DNA of 64,000 bases. It comes from an uncultured Acidobacteriota bacterium (GTDB lineage: Bacteria > Acidobacteriota > Vicinamibacteria > Vicinamibacterales > Fen-181). A program made the translations under genes and the position numbers. The notes beneath the pieces were generated by a model. That model had not been told where the DNA came from. It did not search any database and saw only the letters and a list, made by a program, of their open reading frames with translations. Shown here piece by piece: positions 29,314 through 37,467 of the stretch (position 1 is its first letter; every line of letters begins with the position of its first letter). The stretch lies in the NCBI GenBank assembly GCA_963783255.1, contig CAWAMP010000014.1, forward strand, positions 135,692 through 199,691. The letters run 5' to 3'.

Positions 29314-30045
29314 GTGGCCGCCACCGTCATCCTCGGCCTTCTCCTCGCGCTTGGCGCAACCTTCGTGTCCATGGCGCTGCTCGTCCGGACCGGTTTCGGC
29401 CGCGGGCCCCACGCCATCAGCCTGCTGCCGGTCCCGCTGGTCCTCTACTGCCTGTGGGCGTCGGCGTGGTTCGCGTTCGAGTTCCTGCGGCAATTCCTGC
29501 TGACCGCGTTCACGCCGGGCACATCGCTCCGCATGGTAGCGTTCGTCTTTCTGGCCGCCGCGCTCTTCATGGTCGGCTTCCTCTACGGGTGCGTTGCAGT
29601 GGTGCACCAGTTCCTGGGCGGAACGACCGCGCGGCGGGTCCGCGCTGTGGCGAGATGCGTGGCGCCAACGTTTTCGGCGCTCCTCGTCGTCGGGTGGAGC
29701 GGCTATCACTACAACGGCGACGCCGCTCTGTTCACGCTGCTGCGCCGCATCCTGGGCTACACCGGGTTTCCCCTCGCGCTCGGCGCCTGGGTCTGGCTGC
29801 TGCTGGGCGCCAGGGCCATCCCGGATGCGCCGTGGCGCGCGCGCGTGGTCACGCTGGCGCGCGCCTGCGCGGCGTTCTTCTCTGTCGTGGCGCTGGCCGC
29901 GGCCGGGCGGGACCGTCTGGAGGCCGTCGCTCCGGTGCTTCCGCTCGCCATCGATGTCTTCCTGGTGCTGGCCTACACGCTCATCACCGTTCTCTGGGTG
30001 GAATCGGTCGAGAAAGCAGCCCACGCCCGGAACCGGCAAGCCTGA
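29314..30045 (+). CDS. hypothetical integral membrane protein (about 7 hydrophobic segments)
   Basis: 243-aa ORF with a GTG start and high GC3. Repeated hydrophobic stretches (ILGLLLALGATFVSMALLV, LVLYCLWASAWFAFEFL, MVAFVFLAAALFMVGFLYG ...). No recognisable family. Confidence 0.6.
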   Translation: MAATVILGLLLALGATFVSMALLVRTGFGRGPHAISLLPVPLVLYCLWASAWFAFEFLRQFLLTAFTPGTSLRMVAFVFLAAALFMVGFLYGCVAVVHQFLGGTTARRVRAVARCVAPTFSALLVVGWSGYHYNGDAALFTLLRRILGYTGFPLALGAWVWLLLGARAIPDAPWRARVVTLARACAAFFSVVALAAAGRDRLEAVAPVLPLAIDVFLVLAYTLITVLWVESVEKAAHARNRQA

Positions 30046-30122
30046 GCCCCGGGCCTCGAGTCCGCCGAAGCCGGCCCGTGTTTCCGGCGGGCGAAGGCGG
30101 AAGAGAGTGTAGAATCCCCCGC

Positions 30123-30905
30123 ATGGAACTTCGACTCTACCAGGTGGACGCGTTCGCCGATCGGCTGTTCGGCGGCAATCCCGCGGCGGTCTGCCCGCTC
30201 GACGGCTGGCTGCCCGACGAGACGATGCAGCAGATTGCGGGGGAGAACAACCTCGCCGAAACCGCCTTCTACGTGCGCGACGGCGGCGGCTTCCACATCC
30301 GATGGTTCACGCCGACCGTCGAAGTGGACCTCTGCGGCCACGCCACGCTGGCCTCGGCCTACGTGGTCTTCACCCACGACCGCCATGCGGGCGAGGTGGT
30401 CGAGTTCTCGTCGAAGAGCGGCCCGCTGAAGGTGAGGCGCGAAGGCGACCTGCTGGTGCTCGACTTCCCGGCCGACCCGGTGGCGCCCGTCTCCGTGCCG
30501 CAGATGCTGATCGAAGCGCTCGGCCGCGAGCCGACCGAGACCTACAAGGGAAAGACGGACTACCTGGTCGTCTACGGCATCGAGGAGCACGTGGCCGCGC
30601 TCACCCCGGACCTCTGCGACCTCGCCATGGTCCCCGCCCGCGGCATCATCGTCACCGCCCCCGGCCGCCAGGTCGATTTCGTCTCGCGGTTCTTCGCGCC
30701 CCAGGTCGGCGTTCCCGAGGACCCGGTGACGGGCTCGGCGCACACGACGCTCACGCCCTACTGGTCCGCCCGGCTTGGCAAGATGGAACTGTCGGCCGTG
30801 CAGCTTTCCAAGCGACAGGGGCGCCTGCGGTGCCGCCTGGCGGGCGACCGGGTGGAGATCGCCGGACGCGCGGTCCCCTACCTGGCAGGGACCATCACTG
30901 TCTAG
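30123..30905 (+). CDS. PhzF-family isomerase
   Basis: MELRLYQVDAFADRLFGGNPAAVCPL ... NLAETAFY ... IRWFTPTVEVDLCGHATLA ... EDPVTGSAHTTLTPYW. Confidence 0.9.
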   Translation: MELRLYQVDAFADRLFGGNPAAVCPLDGWLPDETMQQIAGENNLAETAFYVRDGGGFHIRWFTPTVEVDLCGHATLASAYVVFTHDRHAGEVVEFSSKSGPLKVRREGDLLVLDFPADPVAPVSVPQMLIEALGREPTETYKGKTDYLVVYGIEEHVAALTPDLCDLAMVPARGIIVTAPGRQVDFVSRFFAPQVGVPEDPVTGSAHTTLTPYWSARLGKMELSAVQLSKRQGRLRCRLAGDRVEIAGRAVPYLAGTITV

Positions 30906-31001
30906 AGGATCTTGCGATCTTGCGAACTGGGGATCTTGCGAACTGGGGATTCTGCGAACTGGGGATCTTGCGAACTGGGGATTCTCGAACCTTCGGAATC
31001 C
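30906..31001. repeat. octamer tandem array (GCGAACTG / GGGATCTT, 12 units) ending in a hairpin
   Basis: aggatctt gcgatctt gcgaactg gggatctt gcgaactg gggattct gcgaactg gggatctt gcgaactg gggattct cgaacctt cggaatcc. The last units form the hairpin ggggattc..gaatcccc (30977..31003). The array starts 1 nt after the phzF-like stop. Confidence 0.85.
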
Positions 31002-31199
31002 CCGTCATTCGGCTGAAGTTCTCGCGAGTTTGGTCGATAAACCCATAAGGGACGAGAGTTTGTCAAGCCGGGTATTTCCCTGACGGTCCTCAAGCAGTCA
31101 GAGCGGTGATCGGCCGGAATGACCCACCGGCGCTGACTCGGCGGGCAAGTCGTGCCGTCGTGAACTGGGGTGAATCGCGACGAGTTGGCACCTTGTACC

Positions 31200-31228
31200 T
31201 TGACAGTACAAGCTCTAGTGTGTAGAGT
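31200..31228 (+). promoter_or_regulatory. sigma-70-like promoter TTGACA-N17-TAGAGT for the cytochrome/porin pair, overlapped by palindrome CTTGTAC-N7-GTACAAG
   Basis: ttgaca at 31200..31205, a 17-nt spacer, and tagagt at 31223..31228. The inverted repeat cttgtac (31192..31198) / gtacaag (31206..31212) brackets the -35 element. It lies in a lower-GC 360-nt spacer, about 140 nt upstream of the ATG at 31372. Confidence 0.35.
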
Positions 31229-31371
31229 TTCTCGGCGGTGGGCCGTGCGGAATATACGGGCCAGCGTCCCCTGATCGGGTCGTCCAACCGCAGGTTCGGT
31301 CTCGGTCCTTCTATCACGTTCATCGGTCTCGAGGCGGACGTCCGTCGAGGCCAGTCGAAGAGGAATTCCTT

Positions 31372-32308
31372 ATGCGCCTTCGCCACATCGTTCTGGCGCT
31401 GGCCGGAGCGGCCGTTCTGCTCGGAGGCAGTCATGCCTTCGCGCAGAAAGCCGCGCCGCCGGCGGGCTGGAGCGCGACGGACTGCCAGTCGTGTCACGAC
31501 AAGGCTGCCGGGCCAGCGTTCCAGAAGACCAAGCATGCCGCCAGCGAACAGAGCTGCGCAGCCTGCCACACCAACGTTGCCGAGCACATGAAGGGCCAGA
31601 TGGGCGGCGACAAGAACGCCCCGACTCCGTCGCTCAAGAAGATGACGGCGCGGCAGATCAACGACGCCTGCCAGAAGTGCCACGAGAAGAACAATCAGCT
31701 CAGCTACGACACCAGCCTGCATGCGCGTCGCAACGTGGCCTGCACGTCGTGCCACGGGATCCACGAGGTACAGCTCGGTGAAGGCCCAGCTGAAGACGAA
31801 GATGGACGCCGACACGTGCTACACGTGCCACAAGTCGCAGCGCGCCCTCTCGATGCGCACCTCGCACCATCCGGTCCGCGAAGGCAAGATGGGCTGCGCG
31901 AGCTGCCACAACCCGCACGAGGGTAACCGCCCGAAGATGCTGAAGGCCGATTCGGTGAACGAGCTGTGCTACACCTGCCACACCGAGAAGCGCGGTCCCT
32001 TCCTCTTCGAGCACGCTGCCGTCCGCGAGGACTGCGCGTCGTGCCACGAGCCGCACGGCTCCAACCACAAGCGGCTGCTGAAGAACAAGGCGCCGAACCT
32101 GTGCTGGAACTGCCACCTCTCCGGCTCCGGCCACTTCGGGTCGGGCGACAACTTCAACAACGAAAAGGGCGGCGTGCCGGTCGCTCCGACTGGCGCTCCC
32201 TCCGGTTATCCGACGATGGGTTCGCGGTTTGTCGAGAAGAGCTGCAAGAACTGCCACGTCAGCGTCCACGGTTCCAACTCGCCGCAAGGCGCCTACTTCC
32301 TGAGGTAA
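31372..32308 (+). pseudogene. decahaem c-type cytochrome, DmsE/MtrA/PioA/MtoA family, interrupted by one 1-nt frameshift at about 31768 (or sequencing error)
   Basis: Track ORFs 31372..31926 and 31721..32308 join as ...CTSCHGIHE|YSSVKAQLKTKMDADTCYTCH. Signal peptide MRLRHIVLALAGAAVLLGGSHAFAQ. Ten CXXCH motifs. Family block CHTEKRGPFLFEHAAVREDCASCHEPHGSNHKRLL and C-terminal CKNCHVSVHGSNSP. Confidence 0.85.
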
Positions 32309-32311
32309 ACC

Positions 32312-34638
32312 ATGAAGAGAGCATTTACGACGACAGCGCTCCTCGCCATGGTCGCCCTCATGGCGAGTTCGTTTGCGGCGGCGCAGGACAAGCCGGCCAG
32401 CAGCTTCGGCGGGGAAGTCACCCTCGGCGCGCTCGGCCGCACCGACGTGTCCTCCTCGAAGTTCCAGGAGTACCGCGAGGTTCCGAAGGGTCTTTCGCTC
32501 CCCTACATGAACCTCTTCGCGACGACCACGAAGCTGGACTTCAACCTGATGGTCGACAACGTCCGGCAGTCCGACCAGCGCTACGCCGGCTGGTTCAATA
32601 CGGGCATGTTCGACCTCGGGTTCGACTATAACCAGACCCCGCACAACATGGGGAACTCCGCCCACTCCGCCTGGAACGAGACGGGCACGGGCGTCTGGGG
32701 CATGAACACGGTTCTCACCACGGCGCTCGCCAACGCGACCGACCCGCTCGCGAGTTCGGCGCGGACCTACGATTTCTACAACAACCTGCTCGCGCCGGTG
32801 TTCGCGGACACGAACACCTACGATGTGAGCAGCCTCCGCCAGCGCGGCACGGTCACGCTGGACCTCAGCAAGAAGCTGCCGTTCGACTTCGCGTTCACCT
32901 ACATGCGCGAACACAAGTCGGGCTACCGTGGCGAGGGCGGTGGTGACATTCTCGGCTGGGTGTCGCCGATTGTCGATCTCGCCGAGCCGCTCAACGAGTC
33001 CACGCAGGACTACGGGTTCCGCGCCGGCTACAACCTCAAGCCGGGCGGCGTGCTCAAGGCGGGGAACATTCACGGGACGTTCAACCGCAACGTGTTCAAC
33101 AACAACGCCGAAACGCAGTTGATTGACAACCCGTTCCGCCCGAACAACCTGGCGTACGCGTCGGGTGTTCCGACCGGCTCGGCGACGACGCTGTTCACCA
33201 CGGCGCCCGACAACGAGGCCAGCACCGGTTCGGTCGGCTTCCAGCTGAAGTTCGCCAAGCAGACCCGGATTGCCGCGGACTTCGCCATGGCATCGTGGAC
33301 GCAGAACGCCGCGTTCTACCCGATGACGCTCAACCCGCTCATCGTGAACGGCTCCGGGCAGCCGACCAACTCCACGGCGTCGTACCCGGCGTCGTCGCTG
33401 AACGGAAAGATCAGCACCGACACGACGAACGTCTACTTCTCGACCAGACCGATCGCGGATCTGGGCGTTCGCGTGCAGTACCGCAGAGTACGGGTACAAG
33501 GACAAGTCGGCTCGCTTCGTCATTCTGGGCGACACGTCCGGCTCGCCTGACAACCGCTGGCAGGCGGCCACTGTGTCGGCGGACGACCCCTACGGCCACG
33601 CGACGGCGAATCGGACGGACGCCGACACGTCGTACTTCACCGTCCAGGCCAACTACGACATCAAGGCGTTCACCGTTGAAGGCGCGTACAAGAATGCGTC
33701 GAGTTCGTGGGTGGGACGCACCGGGTCCTCCGGCGACTCAGGCGAGGAGAAGACCTACACGCTGGCCCTTCTGTATCACGCCAGCGACCTGCTCGGCTTC
33801 CGCTTCATGAACGACTGGGCGAACCGGACGGTGAGCGGCGTCGTGGCAGGGTCCGTGGCGGCGGTGCAGGGCGTCATGTCTGACCACGCCGAGCGCGACC
33901 TGACCCGTACCGGGTTCAATGTCGAGTTGACGCCCAACGACAAGGTCGACGTGACGTTCGCCTACTTCCGCAACAACGCCGAGTATCCGAACCGGCCCGC
34001 CGAAGGGATTGACGACCCCACGGCGTTCTCCGGTCTGCTCTCGGCGAAGTACGACTCGTTCACCGGCGAGGTGGGTTTCCGCCCGAACGCGAAGCTCGAA
34101 CTGGACGCCTACTACACCTACGAGACGAACGACCAGACGAACCAGTGGGTAGGGCTGACCAACAGTACCCTACGTGAACAACAAGCTCAACTACGCCGGC
34201 AGCGACAAGACCAACACGTTCGGTCTCAACTTCGTCTACAACATCATTCCCGACAAGTGCTCGTTCAGGCTGCTGGCCCGCCAGCAGAAGGTGGACGGCT
34301 TGATGGACATCACGGCGAAGGAGACGCTGGCGCCGGGCGCGACCAGCAACTTCTACACGCCGGGCCGCACGACCCTGATCCCGGCCGGGCAGGGCGGCGC
34401 CGCGGATGTCACGGACTGGGACGACACGAAGATCACGACGTTCGGCATGCAGATCGACTACGCGATCGCAAAGTCGTGGAAGCTGGCCGGCGGGTACGCC
34501 TACGAGAAGTACGACTACACGGATCCTTACACGAGCGGCGCGACGCAGTTCCCGATTTCGGTCTTCTTCGCAGCGAAGGCCGACTACGGGTCGTACGAGG
34601 CGAACGTGGCCTACACGACGCTGACGTATCGGTTCTAG
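32312..34638 (+). pseudogene. MtrB/PioB-like outer-membrane beta-barrel (decahaem-associated porin), interrupted by two 1-nt frameshifts (or sequencing errors)
   Basis: Track ORFs 32312..33550, 33573..34643 and 34174..34638 join colinearly (...RVQY|AEYGYKDKSARF... and ...LTNST|YVNNKLNYAGSDK...). Signal peptide MKRAFTTTALLAMVALMASSFAAAQD. Alternating beta-strand pattern, terminal ...AYTTLTYRF. The gene starts 4 nt after the cytochrome stop. Confidence 0.75.
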
Positions 34639-34641
34639 GGT

Positions 34642-34680
34642 AGGGCTCAGGGGGCTCAGGGCTTCACGGCTCTGGGCCTC
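34642..34680. repeat. degenerate heptamer/octamer repeat AGGGCTC immediately after the porin stop
   Basis: agggctc agggggctc agggcttc acggctc tgggcctc. Same unit type as 14875..14902. Confidence 0.5.
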
Positions 34681-34696
34681 GAGATGCGGTCTGGAA

Positions 34697-34732
34697 GGGG
34701 CCGGCGCGCAACGGGCGCGCCGGCCCCTTTTT
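34697..34732 (+). terminator. Rho-independent terminator of the cytochrome/porin unit
   Basis: Perfect 13-bp GC stem ggggccggcgcgc / gcgcgccggcccc with a 5-nt loop, followed by ttttt. Confidence 0.7.
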
Positions 34733-34816
34733 GTTGAGCGTGGGGCGGGGCTGCATTCGACTTCGCTCGGGCCGGTCGGCCCCGCCTGGCGGCGGACCTG
34801 AAGGCCCGCCCTGCAC

Positions 34817-35842
34817 CTAGTCGCTCCCCAGGATCCCGCCGAGGCCGGCGCCGCCAAGGATGGAGCCCTCTTCCTTGCCGCCCTTTCCGATCCCTGGAAT
34901 GGCCTTGTGGATCCGGCCGGCCAGGCGGCTGAGCGGCAGCGACTGCAGCCACACTCTGCCAGGGCCTGTCAGCGTGGCGAAGAAGAGCCCCTCGCCTCCG
35001 AACAGCGCCGTCTTCACCCCGCCGACCAGCTGCACGTCGTAGTTGACCGACGGCTGAAGCGCCACCAGGCACCCGGTGTCCACCCGGAGCGTTTCACCGG
35101 CCGCGAGGTCGTACGTGTGCACGGTGCCGCCCGCGTGGCAGAAGGCGAGGCCGTCGCCCTCGAGCTTCTGCATGATGAACCCCTCGCCGCCGAACAGCCC
35201 GACGCCAATCTTCTTCTGGAACGCGATGCCGATCGACACGCCCTTGGCCGCGCAGAGGAACGAGTCCTTCTGGCAGATGAGGGTCCCGCCGAGCTTCGAG
35301 AGGTCCATCGGCAGGATCTTGCCGGGATAGGGCGCCGCGAACGCCACGCGGTGCACCCCGCTGCCGCCGTTGGTGAACACGGTCATGAAGAGGCTCTCGC
35401 CGGTCAGCAGCCGCTTGCCGGCGCCGAGCAGCGCACCCATGAGGCCCGAGCCCTGCTGTTTCGCACTCCCGTCTCCGAACACCGTCTCCATCTTGATGCC
35501 CGGCGTCATGAACATCATGCCGCCGGCCTCGGCTACCGCGCTCTCGCCGGGGTCGAGCATCACCTCGATGAACTGCATTTCGTTGCCGTAGATCTTGAAC
35601 TCGATTTCGTGCGCCTGCCGCGCCGGAACCGGCGGGGCCGCCGTTGCCGCCGGCGCGCCGCCGCCAAGGCGGTCCGCCAGCTGAGGGACGTCCTTGATCG
35701 GCGTCCAGTTGCTCATGCCGCCCGTGAACACCAGCGAGTTGCCGTCCGCCGTGCCCGCCTGGATCCTCCGGACAACCTCGTCCTCTCCGACGGGCCCCAC
35801 CTGCTGCCCGCCGATTGCCAGGTACCACTGTTCACCCGCCAT
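34817..35842 (-). CDS. GYF_2 domain + AIM24/TIGR00266-family protein
   Basis: GGGAGG then the ATG at 35842. MAGEQWYLAIGGQQVGPVGEDEVVRRIQAG ... LVFTGGMSNWTPIKDVPQL (GYF-like), then EFKIYGNEMQFIEVMLDPGESAVAEAGGMMFM ... GEGLFFATLTGPGRVWLQSLP. Confidence 0.8.
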   Translation of the reverse strand: MAGEQWYLAIGGQQVGPVGEDEVVRRIQAGTADGNSLVFTGGMSNWTPIKDVPQLADRLGGGAPAATAAPPVPARQAHEIEFKIYGNEMQFIEVMLDPGESAVAEAGGMMFMTPGIKMETVFGDGSAKQQGSGLMGALLGAGKRLLTGESLFMTVFTNGGSGVHRVAFAAPYPGKILPMDLSKLGGTLICQKDSFLCAAKGVSIGIAFQKKIGVGLFGGEGFIMQKLEGDGLAFCHAGGTVHTYDLAAGETLRVDTGCLVALQPSVNYDVQLVGGVKTALFGGEGLFFATLTGPGRVWLQSLPLSRLAGRIHKAIPGIGKGGKEEGSILGGAGLGGILGSD

Positions 35843-35871
35843 GCGTATCCTCCCTGTTGGCACTAGTCAGA

Positions 35872-37412
35872 ATGGAACGACCGGCCCCACGTCGTGAGGC
35901 GTGGGTTACGCTGTGCGCGGAGATGCAACACGGCGCAGAGCCACAGACGAAGGGAGCCGGTCATGCCGAAGGATATCCGATACGTGGGACTGGATGTACA
36001 CGCGGCGACCATTACGGTGGCCGTCGCCGAAGGCGGACGCGAGGGCGTCCAGGCGCTGGGGACGATTCCCCACGAACCCGACGCGGTGGCGCGTCTGGTC
36101 CGCAAACTCGGGCCGGCGGCAACGCTGCGGGTCTGCTATGAAGCCGGGCCCTGCGGGTATGGCCTGTATTGGCAGCTGGCGGCGCTCGGGATTGCGTGCA
36201 CCGTGGTCGCCCCGACCCTGGTGCCGGTCCGAGCCGGGGACCGGGTGAAAACGGACCGGCGCGATGCGGAGAAGCTCGCCCAGTGTCTCCGAGCCGGGAC
36301 GCTGACTGGGGTCTGGGTGCCCACCCCCGCGCACGAGGCGCTGCGCGATCTGGTCCGGGCCCGGGCCGTGGCCAAGCAGGATCAACTGCGTGCCCGCCAT
36401 CGGCTGGGCAAGTTTCTCCTGCGACACGGTCGTCGCCGACCCGGGACCGGCCGTTCGTGGACCCAGGCCCATCTCACGTGGGTGCGGAGCCAGACCTTCC
36501 CGTTCGCGGCCCAGGACCTGACCTTTCGGGATTACCTGCACGAGGTCGATCATGTCGGGGATCGGGTGCGGCGGCTCGATACGGCGCTGGACGAGGCGAT
36601 TGCCGCCGCGGAGCCGACCCAACAGGCGGTGGTGGCGGCCCTTCAGGCCTTGCGGGGCGTGTCCCAGGTGACGGCGGTCACGATGGTGGCCGAACTCGGC
36701 TGCTTCTCGCGCTTCCGCCGTGCGAAGCAGCTCATGGGCTACACCGGCCTGGTCTCGCGCGAGGCCTCGAGCGGGCCGCGGGTGCGCCGCGGGGCGATTA
36801 CCAAGACAGGGAATGCGCACGTGCGTCACGTGCTGGGCGAGGCGGCGTGGACGGCTCGGTACCAGCCCGCGCGCTCCCCGGTCCTCCGGCGGCGCCAAGC
36901 GGCGCTGGCCCCAGAGGTGGTCGCGCTGGCCTGGCGCGCGCAGGTCCGCCTTCACCAGCGGTACCGACGGCTCCTGAGCCGCGGCAAGATCCGGCAACAG
37001 GTCATCACGGCCGTGGCCCGCGAACTCGTCGGATTCATGTGGGCGATCGGCGTGTGGGTGGAACAGCACGACGCGAGTCAGCGGGCCCAGGCCCCGCACG
37101 CAACCTAGGCCCTGCCACACCCGGCCGCCGCGGCCGGGTGACGAGGATGGTCGAGCGGCCCGCGGAAAGGAGGGCCCTCGGTGAGTCTATGTGGGCCACC
37201 ATGCGGTGGCATCCACGCAGCTAGTCGGAGGTAGCTCCCGACGGATCACGACCATGACGGCGAGCCGCAGGCTCGATCCGCGAATATCAGAGTGATCGAC
37301 CGTCGACCAGGCTGTCTCGACCATCCTCGCCATCGCGGCCGACCGAATCACCACCGGAGACTGACACGACGGACACAAGCACCTTAAGGCTGGACTTGAC
37401 GGGTCGTTCCAT
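35872..37412 (+). mobile_element. IS110-family insertion sequence, IS1111-like layout (short 5' arm, ~300-nt 3' arm, subterminal inverted repeats)
   Basis: atggaacgaccgg at 35872..35884 versus cgggtcgttccat at 37400..37412 (12 of 13 complementary). Contains the DEDD transposase gene. Lower GC than the surroundings. Confidence 0.8.
35963..37108 (+). CDS. IS110-family DEDD transposase/recombinase
   Basis: MPKDIRYVGLDVHAATITVAV, CYEAGPCGY, VKTDRRDAEKLA (DEDD region). C-terminal GVSQVTAVTMVAELG ... LMGYTGLVSREASSGPRVRRGAITKTGNAHVRHVL. Confidence 0.9.
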   Translation: MPKDIRYVGLDVHAATITVAVAEGGREGVQALGTIPHEPDAVARLVRKLGPAATLRVCYEAGPCGYGLYWQLAALGIACTVVAPTLVPVRAGDRVKTDRRDAEKLAQCLRAGTLTGVWVPTPAHEALRDLVRARAVAKQDQLRARHRLGKFLLRHGRRRPGTGRSWTQAHLTWVRSQTFPFAAQDLTFRDYLHEVDHVGDRVRRLDTALDEAIAAAEPTQQAVVAALQALRGVSQVTAVTMVAELGCFSRFRRAKQLMGYTGLVSREASSGPRVRRGAITKTGNAHVRHVLGEAAWTARYQPARSPVLRRRQAALAPEVVALAWRAQVRLHQRYRRLLSRGKIRQQVITAVARELVGFMWAIGVWVEQHDASQRAQAPHAT

Positions 37413-37466
37413 ATCAGACTCAGAACTCAGAACTCAGAACTCAAAACTCAGAACTCAAAACTCACC
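37413..37466. repeat. heptamer tandem array CAGAACT / CAAAACT abutting the IS right end and the prolyl oligopeptidase stop
   Basis: atcagact cagaact cagaact cagaact caaaact cagaact caaaact cac. The same heptamer occurs at 45131..45165. Confidence 0.85.
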
Positions 37467-37467
37467 G

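Noticed and set aside
29211-30122. 564-aa ORF fusing an Arg-rich N-terminal region to the PhzF-like domain; likewise 45558..46106 ahead of glgP and 15062..16237 ahead of sufS.
   Set aside because: The conserved family N-termini start at internal ATGs (30123, 46107, 16238). The upstream parts overlap other genes or spacers and have shadow-ORF composition.
31767-31768. Programmed ribosomal frameshifting or transcriptional slippage as the explanation for the GTAC-associated frame changes.
   Set aside because: The five sites are in three unrelated genes on both strands and lack slippery heptamers or downstream structures. They share only the GTAC+C DNA context, which points to a DNA-level or sequencing-level cause.
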